Positions 8,721-16,708 of a stretch of DNA of 24,000 nt are shown here, in pieces. The notes beneath the pieces were generated by a model. It was given only the letters and a program-made list of their open reading frames with translations, searched no databases and was not told where the DNA came from. The DNA is from Candidatus Hodarchaeota archaeon. Its GTDB lineage: Archaea > Asgardarchaeota > Heimdallarchaeia > Hodarchaeales > Hodarchaeaceae. The stretch lies in NCBI GenBank assembly GCA_048886525.1, contig JBHLKP010000002.1:58575-82574 (forward strand). The letters run 5' to 3'. Positions within the stretch are counted from its first letter, which is position 1. Every line of letters starts with the position of its first letter. The position numbers and the translations under genes were made by a program.

Positions 8721-9758
8721 TCAAGAATTTCCCTTTAATTTGCGTGATGGTATGAATTCTTCTTTTAAGAATTTTATTAGTTCATCTACAGAAATAAAGG
8801 TTTTATCTGCAAAAAATGAAGTAAAAGGACTATAATTCTCGGCAGGAAATACTGCAAAAACATATTTATTATTTCGAAAACCATACGCTTGTTCATTAAC
8901 CACTCCAGAGGAATGAACTATTTCGGGGTAAAAGATAACAACCATTGTTCCTTGATCAATTAATTGAAAATCACGATATACTGTCTGATAGAAGTCAAAA
9001 ATTCGAATATCTTCTGGGATATCTGAATAATGTGTTTCTAGTTCCATTGTTCCAGGATCAAAAACGACGAAACCAAGGTTCCTTAATTCTTGTGCGAGAG
9101 TTTCAATCTCTTTTTTTTTTGCTTTCTCTTTGATATGAGTCATTGGATATGAAAGATATACTTTCTCACTCACTTCATGTTCAAAAATGAGTTTATATAA
9201 AGTATTGGGAGGTTGTCTTCGTGCAACTATGTAAAATGGTTTTTTCATGATCTCAGCCATGAGTTTTGTAGTAAATGCTTCTTCTTCTTGCCAAATTCCA
9301 AGTTGTAGACGATTATTCATCCCGCCCCATAAAGGGTTGGCTTCTAAAGTTTCATAGATATCATTTATGATATTTATAATTGTGATGAAAAGATCTGGTT
9401 TCAATTTCGTTAGATAAAAAAAATCCCATCCTGGCATAAGATGTTGACGCCAGCGGAATGTGGCATGAGAATTAATGATAACAGCCACATCTTGATGTTT
9501 TTCTTCATATTCTTCGACTTCTCTAAGAATCCTCTCGAAAACAGTTGACCGTAATGCGTGTAATGTCGGGGGAGCGAGATCAAGCATTTTTTCACGTTTA
9601 ACATCCATACTCAGTTCTCTTGCAGTTTCCCACATCTTGCGATTAGTGTTCATAACTACAATTTTCTTTTCAGGAAAAGTTTTCTCGGTATATTTCTTTA
9701 AATCAGAAACTGCTGCAGATCTACCAGAACCACTAATGCCACTTATGATTACTCGCAT
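8721..9758 (-). CDS. Two-domain protein: N-terminal archaeal adenylate-kinase (AdkA)-like P-loop domain fused to a C-terminal nucleoside 2-deoxyribosyltransferase-like domain
   Basis: P-loop ISGSGRS at residues 7-14. AVIINSHATFRWRQHLMPGWDFFYLTKLKPDLFITII parallels the AdkA segment VAVDTHSTV..PKGYLPGLP..VLNELNPDLIIVVE. The C-terminal half (KVYLSYPMT...VVFDP...DQGTMVVIFYPEIVHSSGVVNEQAYGFRNNKYVFAVF) follows the Rossmann-like YLaGP...S.G...E.G.A...KpV pattern of that superfamily. SD GGTGA lies upstream of the ATG at 9758. Confidence 0.5.
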   Translation of the reverse strand: MRVIISGISGSGRSAAVSDLKKYTEKTFPEKKIVVMNTNRKMWETARELSMDVKREKMLDLAPPTLHALRSTVFERILREVEEYEEKHQDVAVIINSHATFRWRQHLMPGWDFFYLTKLKPDLFITIINIINDIYETLEANPLWGGMNNRLQLGIWQEEEAFTTKLMAEIMKKPFYIVARRQPPNTLYKLIFEHEVSEKVYLSYPMTHIKEKAKKKEIETLAQELRNLGFVVFDPGTMELETHYSDIPEDIRIFDFYQTVYRDFQLIDQGTMVVIFYPEIVHSSGVVNEQAYGFRNNKYVFAVFPAENYSPFTSFFADKTFISVDELIKFLKEEFIPSRKLKGNS

Positions 9759-9910
9759 TTTTTCTCACCATTTCTAATATGAGAATGTAAATCTTTATTA
9801 GAACGATCTTTTACAAATATTATTCTTTCTTTCGACAAATTTCAAGAATCTTGTATTTAATCTTTTCTTAATCGAAATGATTTTTTGATATTTTTAAATT
9901 TACCATTATC

Positions 9911-10576
9911 ATGCAAAAAAATAAGAAATTAATCCATCTTTCAAATAAATCTCTAATTGCTTTCGATTTAGATGGGACATTAACGATTAGCCGCTCTTCT
10001 TGGGAAGATATTCACAAATACTTTGGTACTTGGGAGAGTCACGGTAAAGTGATTTTGCAGCAGTTCTTACGAGGAGAACTCACATATGAAGAATTTGATA
10101 AGAAAGATGCAGAAGTGTGGATTGGCCGTACAAAAGTAGAATATATGGCTGCTCTTGAAACAATCAAATTTAGAGAAGGGATTGATGAATTAATTACTTT
10201 TCTAAAAGAAAGAAGATGTCTATTGGCATTAATATCGATGGGACTGAAAGATATTGTTGAAAGGGTTGCAAAAAAATATGCTTTTGATTATTGGATAGGA
10301 AATGAGCTGATATGGAATAACGGATTAATCACTGGTGAAGTAAAAATAAATGTTGGGTGGAAAGAGAAAGGGTTGATCTTAACAGATATCCTTGAACGAT
10401 TTAAAATTCCTGCTCAGAATTCTATTGCAATTGGGGATTCAACTGCAGATATTGATATGTTTGAAACTGCGGGAGTTTCAATAGCTATTGGTACTAGTTC
10501 AGAACAAGTAACAAAAGCAGCAGATTTTGTTTGTAAAACTGAAAATTTGAGCGAAATAATCACTTTTTTCGCTTAA
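9911..10576 (+). CDS. HAD-IB family hydrolase (phosphoserine phosphatase-like)
   Basis: HAD motif I FDLDGTLT, a cap region, and motif IV GDSTADIDMFETAGVSIAIG, which resembles SerB GDGANDLPML. Confidence 0.75.
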   Translation: MQKNKKLIHLSNKSLIAFDLDGTLTISRSSWEDIHKYFGTWESHGKVILQQFLRGELTYEEFDKKDAEVWIGRTKVEYMAALETIKFREGIDELITFLKERRCLLALISMGLKDIVERVAKKYAFDYWIGNELIWNNGLITGEVKINVGWKEKGLILTDILERFKIPAQNSIAIGDSTADIDMFETAGVSIAIGTSSEQVTKAADFVCKTENLSEIITFFA

Positions 10577-10587
10577 TTTGGGGAAAT

Positions 10588-11265
10588 TTATTTCATTTTA
10601 AGATAGTGGTGAAGAATTGCATTCACTTCATTAAGATTGACTTCCGTTGGTATAAGTGGATGTCCAGCTTCCTCGGCTCTTTCTTCTAATCCTAAATACA
10701 TCGCTTCTGAAACTTCACCACCAACCTCAACAGGAGGGAGAAAAGCTGCTCCCAAATTAGTCTTCGGTTTTATCTCAAAAAGATTTGTTATTATTGTATA
10801 TTCTCTCTGGTGGTCATAAGCTCGTGTTTGAACAAATTTTTCCCTTTTTTGAACATTTCGGACACGTACAACTCTAAGATCAATTCCAGTTCCTAAATTG
10901 TTATCAGAGACTCTTAACCTGCCAGTTATACCTTTAAAAATCTGTATTCCCCATTCAATAGTAGAATAAGCGAGTCTATTTGTGGATGGAGAGTTTTTTG
11001 CAGGTTGAATTGCCTCTAACAGTTCATTTGCTACTCTATCCAGCGTTTTGATTTCAATATGGTTTGATAACTCGTCTAAAGATAGATAAGAATATTTCAA
11101 TGCCATTATAGACGCTTCTAATTTATTAACTAGAGAGTTGAGTTCATTTTTTGATTTAGTTGGCCGAAATCCTAGTTTTAGCTTAAAAGTTTGGCGAATT
11201 CTTTTGATAGCATACTCAGCTACTAATATTACAGGATTTTTATCAGTTAGTACCAATTCTAACAA
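10588..11265 (-). CDS. Archaeal RNA-binding protein with C-terminal EMAP/Trbp111-like tRNA-binding OB fold (COG2517/DUF2110-like)
   Basis: The C-terminal segment LRVVRVRNVQKRE...IITNLFEIKPKTNLGAAFLPPVEVGGEVSEAMYLG follows the tRNA-binding-domain pattern (..v..v..hp..d.l....nl.p.kl.G..S.GM.l). The start is uncertain. TTG at 11265 abuts AGGAG, while TTG at 11256 has better spacing (9 nt). Confidence 0.45.
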   Translation of the reverse strand: MLELVLTDKNPVILVAEYAIKRIRQTFKLKLGFRPTKSKNELNSLVNKLEASIMALKYSYLSLDELSNHIEIKTLDRVANELLEAIQPAKNSPSTNRLAYSTIEWGIQIFKGITGRLRVSDNNLGTGIDLRVVRVRNVQKREKFVQTRAYDHQREYTIITNLFEIKPKTNLGAAFLPPVEVGGEVSEAMYLGLEERAEEAGHPLIPTEVNLNEVNAILHHYLKMK

Positions 11266-11353
11266 CTCCTTTTCAGAAACATAGATTCTTTTTAATAAAC
11301 ATTCACAATTTCGCTCTGATTAATCAATTACCCATTCCTCTTGTGGTAAGGAT

Positions 11354-13075
11354 ATGAAAACACCTAAACCAGTTAAAAACTTTGATTCATTAGAGCCAAC
11401 TGACTTCATTCGAAAAATCATAATGGATGATCTAAAAAAGGATAAGAATTTGCAAGTTCATACTCGTTTTCCTCCTGAACCAAATGGTTTCATCCATATT
11501 GGCCATATGAAAGCAATTAATCTTAATTTTACTGTTGCAGAAGAATTTGGAGGACTTTGTAATTTAAGATTTGACGACACTGATCCAGAAAAAGAAAGTA
11601 TGGAGTATGTAAAATCGATAATTAATGATATTCGATGGATGGGTTATGATTGGGAGGATCGTCTTTATTTCGCCTCAGATTATTTTGAACAATTATATGA
11701 TTTTGCAGTTGCATTAATAAAAGCTGGGAAGGCTTATGTCTGTGATTTAAGCGTAGATGAAATTAAAGCGCAACGTGGAACATTAACTGAACCAGGGATA
11801 GATAGTCCTTATCGTAATCGCTCTGTAGAAGAAAATCTAGAATTATTTGAAGCAATGAAAAATGGTGACTTCAATGAAGGCTCACGTGTTTTAAGAGCTA
11901 AAATAGATATGAATTCACCAAATTTATTATTGCGAGATCCAGTCATGTACCGTATAAAAGAAGTTCCACATTATAGAAGAGGAACCGATTGGATTATCTT
12001 TCCTTCATATGATTTCACGCATGGACAAAGTGATGTAATTGAGGGAATCACCCATTCACTCTGTTCTCTTGAATTCGAAACTCATAGACCCCTCTATGAT
12101 TGGTTTATCGGTCAATTATTAGAAATTGGAGTTATTGATCATCGTTCACGTCAATATGAGTTTTCACGTCTAAATTTAACTTATACAGTGATGAGTAAGC
12201 GTAAATTATTGCAATTGATTGAAGAAAAGTATGTTAGTGGTTGGGATGATCCCAGAATGCCAACAATATCAGGGATCCGAAGAAGAGGTTATCCTCCTAA
12301 AGCCATTAGGAATTTTCTTAACCGTGTAGGAATTTCAAAACGTGAAAATTATATCGATTTCGGTCTATTAGAATCTTGTGTGAGAGAAGAGTTGGATAAG
12401 GTCTGTCCGAGAGTCATGGGTATTATAAGACCATTAAAAATAATTATCGACAATTATCCAGAAGATAAAGTTGAATATCTAAAAGCTAGTAATCATCCGA
12501 AAGAAAAATCAATGGGTACACGAAAACTACCATTTTCTAAGGTTCTATTTATCGAACAAGACGATTTCATGGAACACCCACCAAGAAAATTCTATAGATT
12601 GACTCCTGGACGTGAAATAAGGTTAAGATATGCTTACTACATAAAATGTGAAAGCGTTATTAAGAATGACAATGATGAGATCATCGAAGTTCACTGTACT
12701 TATGATCCAAAAACGAAAGGGGGATATTCACCAGGTGGAAGGAAAGTTAAAGCAACACTGCACTGGTTATCTGCTAAACACGCCATAAAGGCTAAAGTAC
12801 GCTTATATGACAGATTATTTTTGAAAGAAAATCCATTAGAAGAAAAAATATTTACAAAGAGCATTAATACGAATTCATTTGAGGAAATAGATTGTTATAT
12901 TGAGCCAGATTTGAAAAAAGCCAAACAAGGAGACCGATACCAGTTTGAACGATTAGGATATTTTTGTGTTGATTTAGTTGATTCAACGGCTGAAGAATTA
13001 GTTTTCAACCGTACTATCACCCTGCGAGATACTTGGATGAAGATGAAAAAAGCTCAAACATCAAAAAAGAAATGA
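11354..13075 (+). CDS. glnS: Glutamine--tRNA ligase (glutaminyl-tRNA synthetase), bacterial-type architecture
   Basis: Colinear by eye with E. coli GlnS from the N-terminus: [12 protein letters not shown]...[20 protein letters not shown] (HIGH), [70 protein letters not shown] (KMSKS). A C-terminal anticodon-binding beta-barrel region is present (LHWLSA...YQFERLGYF). Confidence 0.93.
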   Translation: MKTPKPVKNFDSLEPTDFIRKIIMDDLKKDKNLQVHTRFPPEPNGFIHIGHMKAINLNFTVAEEFGGLCNLRFDDTDPEKESMEYVKSIINDIRWMGYDWEDRLYFASDYFEQLYDFAVALIKAGKAYVCDLSVDEIKAQRGTLTEPGIDSPYRNRSVEENLELFEAMKNGDFNEGSRVLRAKIDMNSPNLLLRDPVMYRIKEVPHYRRGTDWIIFPSYDFTHGQSDVIEGITHSLCSLEFETHRPLYDWFIGQLLEIGVIDHRSRQYEFSRLNLTYTVMSKRKLLQLIEEKYVSGWDDPRMPTISGIRRRGYPPKAIRNFLNRVGISKRENYIDFGLLESCVREELDKVCPRVMGIIRPLKIIIDNYPEDKVEYLKASNHPKEKSMGTRKLPFSKVLFIEQDDFMEHPPRKFYRLTPGREIRLRYAYYIKCESVIKNDNDEIIEVHCTYDPKTKGGYSPGGRKVKATLHWLSAKHAIKAKVRLYDRLFLKENPLEEKIFTKSINTNSFEEIDCYIEPDLKKAKQGDRYQFERLGYFCVDLVDSTAEELVFNRTITLRDTWMKMKKAQTSKKK

Positions 13076-13114
13076 TATCCCGAAGAATGAACATGTTTTG
13101 ATACAACAAAATAA

Positions 13115-13186
13115 CAGCCCCGAGCGGATTCGAACCGCTCTTGTTGGATTCAGAGTCCAAAGTGCTAACCGCTACACCACGGGGCT
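13115..13186 (-). tRNA. tRNA-Gln (anticodon CUG), no intron, no encoded CCA
   Basis: Reverse strand reads AGCCCCG-TG-GTGT-AGCGGTTA-GCAC-T-TTGGA-CTCTGAA-TCCAA-CAAG-AGCGG-TTCGAAT-CCGCT-CGGGGCT-G. It has a full cloverleaf with a 7-bp acceptor stem (A1:U72), GG in the D-loop, a TTCGAAT T-loop and the CTG anticodon at 13153..13151. It is a GC-rich island in AT-rich DNA. Confidence 0.92.
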
Positions 13187-13236
13187 TAATCATGCCTTCT
13201 AATTCTATCTTTTAACTAAAGTTATAGGAAAATTAA

Positions 13237-13339
13237 CAGCCCCGCCCCGATTCGAACGGGGGTTTCCGACCGATTCGATTCTATCGAACCTGTCTTCGGA
13301 GTCAAAGTCCGAAATGATAGTCCTCTACACTACGGGGCT
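13237..13339 (-). tRNA. tRNA-Gln (anticodon UUG) interrupted by a 30-nt intron after the anticodon arm (predicted position 45/46)
   Basis: Reverse strand reads AGCCCCG-TA-GTGT-AGAGGACTA-TCAT-T-TCGGA-CTTTGAC-TCCGA-AG[ACAGGTTCGATAGAATCGAATCGGTCGGAA]AC-CCCCG-TTCGAAT-CGGGG-CGGGGCT-G. The anticodon TTG is at 13305..13303. The acceptor stem and G73 are identical to the neighbouring tRNA-Gln(CUG). Confidence 0.85.
13264..13293 (-). other. Predicted tRNA intron (30 nt) with bulge-helix-bulge splice motif
   Basis: Central 4-bp helix is CCGA (exon nt 40-43) : UCGG (intron 3' end). It is flanked by 3-nt bulges AGA (5' strand) and AAA (3' strand). The inner intron helix is C-A-GGUUCGAU / AUCGAAUC-G-G, 10 positions with one A.G mismatch and an AGA loop. 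Cutting after the second bulge nucleotide gives a mature variable region AGAC. Confidence 0.6.
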
Positions 13340-13471
13340 TTAAATCAGTGTTTTTTCAATTCTTTATCAAGTTTATGTCATTGTTTATTATATTCAACGT
13401 TATAATTGATATCTTCTCTCATAACTCTTTTTCCATTTGTAGAATTCAAAAAATATAATTTCATTTCCCGC

Positions 13472-14167
13472 TCAATGAAGTACTTCCGCAAATGCTCTTA
13501 TAGGCATTGCAGCGACTTTTTTCCCCTTTATTGGCACTGCATAAAATCTAAAATTCTTTCCATGAAGCTTCTTTAGATTTGTTAAATTTTCAACAATTAA
13601 AATATTGTTTTCTAGAAACATCGTATGAGCTGGTCTAGTTAAATCTCTGGAATCATCGATATTGATTGTATCAACTCCTACAAGTTTAATTTTATGCTTC
13701 AGAAGTTTTTTTATGAGTTCTATGGATATAAATGGATACTCGTAATATTTTTCTGTTCCCCAATATTGATCCCAATTGAAATTAAATAAGATTGCTCGAT
13801 TGGATAGATCACTATTTTTAGGAAGTACCTCAACGCCAACTGATTCAAAAGGAGTATATTCACTAACGTCTATAACGATTCCTGATAATATTAACTCATC
13901 TAATTTTAATTGACTTATATCACGTTTCCCTGGAAAACGATGATAAGGAGAATCTAAATAAGTCCCAATAGAAGTCTGAAAAACCATTTCTGTTATTTCA
14001 AATGAGGCTTTTCCTTTATAAATTGGGAGTGATTGGTCATGAGTTAAGAATGGGTAAATTTTTGCAGTATACATTACAATAGATCCGTCTTCATTCCTCA
14101 TTCTAAACCCAGGCATATTATTTTCAAATGTATGACTTAAATCAATATATTTCAAATCGAATCCCAA
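13472..14167 (-). CDS. Cyclase-family protein (kynurenine formamidase/arylformamidase-like fold) with degenerate metal-binding motif
   Basis: N-terminal YIDLSHTF..NMP and the core SIGTYLDSPYH align with the family signature HxGTHxDxPxH, plus VGVDTINID near the C-terminus. The TTG start at 14167 is required to include the conserved IDLSH strand. Confidence 0.65.
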   Translation of the reverse strand: MGFDLKYIDLSHTFENNMPGFRMRNEDGSIVMYTAKIYPFLTHDQSLPIYKGKASFEITEMVFQTSIGTYLDSPYHRFPGKRDISQLKLDELILSGIVIDVSEYTPFESVGVEVLPKNSDLSNRAILFNFNWDQYWGTEKYYEYPFISIELIKKLLKHKIKLVGVDTINIDDSRDLTRPAHTMFLENNILIVENLTNLKKLHGKNFRFYAVPIKGKKVAAMPIRAFAEVLH

Positions 14168-14427
14168 TATCTAGAGAAAGTTAATGTAAGGAATATGTAC
14201 TTTATCAAAGATTCAAATAAACACGAATAAATGAACATAATTAGTAATATAATGGACTATTCTTACTCCTAGAATAAAATTTCAATTAGTAGTTAAAAGT
14301 ATCTTTTGACATATTTTTACGACTTACAGCAAATTATTTTTGAGATCTATTTTATGGATAGATCGATTGAAAACATTTGGGTACTATTCAGATACATTAA
14401 ATATTGGAATTAAAGCATCGTAGGTTC

Positions 14428-15282
14428 CTATGTAAATTTGTAAACATCAATATCAATTACTGGTTTATAACCAATCGTTTGATAGATCTTATTTGACGTT
14501 GGATTTTCTAAATCTGTAAACAAAAAACAGTACTTATTTCCTTCATTTAAAATTGTTTGAATTAATTTTGCTACCAATTCTGTGGCATAACCTTTTCTAC
14601 GGAAGTTAGGTGGAGTATATACGTAATTTATTGTTTAACCATTTTATGTTATATCTGCTTTTTTAGCCATAGTTACTATCTCCCCGTTTACTTTAAGTAG
14701 ATTTACCATATTTCGATTCAGATGTTGGATCATTCGTTTTCGAACATTCTCAACTTCTGATGTTGAAGTATTGGGGAATATTTCCATATAAAGGCTTTAT
14801 TCCATTCACAAATCAATTTCTTTTCAGATTTCGTTGCCTGCTCAAAATTATTTTTGCCTAAAGAACGAGGATTAACTTTATCTAGAAGATAAATCCGTTC
14901 ATTTTTTTCAAGAAAATACTCTTTACTATTTTTTCTAGTCCAAAGTTGAGTTAATTTTAAGGCTCCATTTTTGAATCCAACAATCCCTAGAATTTTCATT
15001 CTTTTTTTTGATACTGTATTAACCAGCACTGGAATCGTATTCATATCATTATTATATGAAATAATTTTTATATGGAGGTTATTGAATATATATGAGCTTC
15101 AAAACATTATCATCGGTCACTGTTAGCAATACTGGGAACTCAGTATCGCTGTAAGCTTGGTAATTTTGCTTTAGAGTATTTAAAATACCAAAGAGAAGAT
15201 AATTTTCAGGTTCTTTTATGATTAAGAAAGAATAACATAAATTAATTAATTTTTTTACATTAGCATGAAAACTGGCCTTCAT
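14428..15282 (-). pseudogene. Decayed GNAT-family N-acetyltransferase gene (at least 3 in-frame TAA stops and at least 2 frameshifts)
   Basis: Three reverse-strand pieces belong to one GNAT-type protein. Piece 1 is MKASFHANVKKLINLCYSFLIIKEPENYLLFGIL...LIYIQ*PPYKNYFI** (15282 downwards, GGAGG upstream). Piece 2, frameshifted, is MNTIPVLVNTVSKKRMKILGIVGF...WNKAFIW (15044..14730). Piece 3, shifted again, is EVENVRKRMIQHLNRNMVNLLKVNGEIVTMAKKADIT*NG*TINYVYTPPNFRRKGYATELVAKLIQTILNEGNKYCFLFTDLENPTSNKIYQTIGYKPV, ending at the TAG at 14430..14428. This last piece holds the acetyl-CoA-binding motif RRKGYA. Confidence 0.7.
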
Positions 15283-15352
15283 CCTTTTTCCTCCCAGACC
15301 TATTTTCACTGATTATCTTGAAAATAAACTAATTATTAATTAGGGGTCTTGA

Positions 15353-16408
15353 TTACTGGATATCGACTATTCCTTCAGCGGTTAATCCAAATATGGCTTC
15401 ATTTTCAGGTAATAGAGGGCTATCAACGACTCTAGCAATTCGGCGCTCTCCTTTAGATTTACGAAGATAAACCCGAGTCTGAGCAGCATGAGCGACTATA
15501 TGACCACCTACTGGAGCCGTGGGATCACCAAAAAATTGATCAGGTTTAGCATGAACCTGATTAGTGACAATTACAGCTAAATTTCCTATTTCTGCTGCTC
15601 GAAGAATTGTATGTATATGCTGATTTAGCTTTTGTTGGCGAGCAGCTAATGTTCCTCTCCCTACATATTCAGCTCTAAAATGAGAAATCAACGAGTCAAC
15701 TATAAGCAATTTCACATTCTCTGTTGGTAAATAATCTTTAACCATCTTTTCGACAAGAACCATTTGGTGATCGCTATTATGAGCTCGGCCATGTAGTATA
15801 TTCTCTAGAACCATATCTTCGTTAAGATCATCCTTCCATCGTGCTGCCATAGTAAGTATTCGTTCTGGCCGGAATGTTCCTTCGCTATCGACGTATATTA
15901 CTTTGGGAAAATTATCCTTATCACGTAATCCTCCTTTATCGCGAGGTAATTGAACAGTTACACAGAGTTGATGAGCTAATTGGGTTTTTCCTGTTCTAAA
16001 TTCACCATAAAGTTCTGTTACAGCCCCAGTTTCAATTCCACCTCCAAATAATTCATCTAATGTAGCACTACCTGTTGTAATTTTCTCTAGTTCTCTTCTA
16101 CGTTCTAAAACTTTTTTTGCAGTTTCAAAATCGATATCTAGAGCTTCTCTAGCTGCTTCAATTATTTTTTGTACCGTTTTTTCACCCATTCCTCCAATAG
16201 AGGCTAATTCTCCTATAGAAACTGTTGCTATTGATTCTAATGTAGAAAAACCAGCTTCAACTAATTTTGATGCAGTAGTAGGACCAATACCAGGTAAGTC
16301 AGTTATTGAATTTACTTTTTTACCTTGCTTACTACCTAGATTGGAATATTTTTCATTTTTTTCCTTGGTAGGTTCTTCAGTTGTATCAGCTTTTTTCTTA
16401 GGTGTCAT
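15353..16408 (-). CDS. radA: DNA repair and recombination protein RadA
   Basis: A Lys/Glu-rich N-terminal tail is followed by a helix-hairpin-helix domain (LPGIGPTTASKLVEAGFSTLESIA...GMGEKTVQKIIEAAREAL). Walker A is GEFRTGKTQ and Walker B is LLIVDS. NQV...GGHIVAHAAQTRVYLRK is typical of RadA/Rad51. Confidence 0.95.
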   Translation of the reverse strand: MTPKKKADTTEEPTKEKNEKYSNLGSKQGKKVNSITDLPGIGPTTASKLVEAGFSTLESIATVSIGELASIGGMGEKTVQKIIEAAREALDIDFETAKKVLERRRELEKITTGSATLDELFGGGIETGAVTELYGEFRTGKTQLAHQLCVTVQLPRDKGGLRDKDNFPKVIYVDSEGTFRPERILTMAARWKDDLNEDMVLENILHGRAHNSDHQMVLVEKMVKDYLPTENVKLLIVDSLISHFRAEYVGRGTLAARQQKLNQHIHTILRAAEIGNLAVIVTNQVHAKPDQFFGDPTAPVGGHIVAHAAQTRVYLRKSKGERRIARVVDSPLLPENEAIFGLTAEGIVDIQ

Positions 16409-16708
16409 TGTTTCGCCAACTCAGATCAGAGATGGATACATAGATTTATCAAAAACTATATTTTATTTGAATCCAATAGCTCCTTAAATCAATTTTGCTT
16501 TTTCGCTTTTTAGTAAAAATTTAACGGTAATTTTAACTTCTCCTTGAATTAGGATATTTACAATTTTAAGTATTAATGTCATTAAAATCTAGTATTTTCT
16601 TATTAATACAAAAATCCTTTTATTATTATTTCTTAGATATTTATTAGTATATCATTTGCATATTTAATGTAACTTCCTGTTGAAGAAAACGACATAAAGG
16701 GATCGAAC

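Noticed and set aside
9111-9120. Run of ten T as a possible terminator or slippery site
   Set aside because: It lies inside the reverse-strand CDS, where it encodes a Lys-rich stretch (EKAKKKEIE), and the frame is intact on both sides. There is no evidence of a frameshift or of termination function.
13237-13339. Reading the 103-nt tRNA as a class II tRNA with a long variable arm (Leu/Ser-type)
   Set aside because: The anticodon is UUG (Gln). The 34-nt insert is far longer than any variable arm. It also folds into a bulge-helix-bulge splice motif, so an intron is the better explanation.
14344-14364. Small inverted repeat GATCTAT-N7-ATAGATC in the 260-bp gap between the cyclase gene and the GNAT pseudogene
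   Set aside because: It is only a 7-bp AT-rich stem with no adjacent T-tract or gene end that it would plausibly serve. It is likely chance in AT-rich DNA.
14428-15309. In-frame TAA codons in the GNAT gene as evidence for stop-codon reassignment or programmed read-through
   Set aside because: The same gene also needs at least two frameshifts to be read through. TAA is used as a normal terminator elsewhere in the window (for example the binding-protein stop at 5042-5044). Ordinary gene decay explains it.
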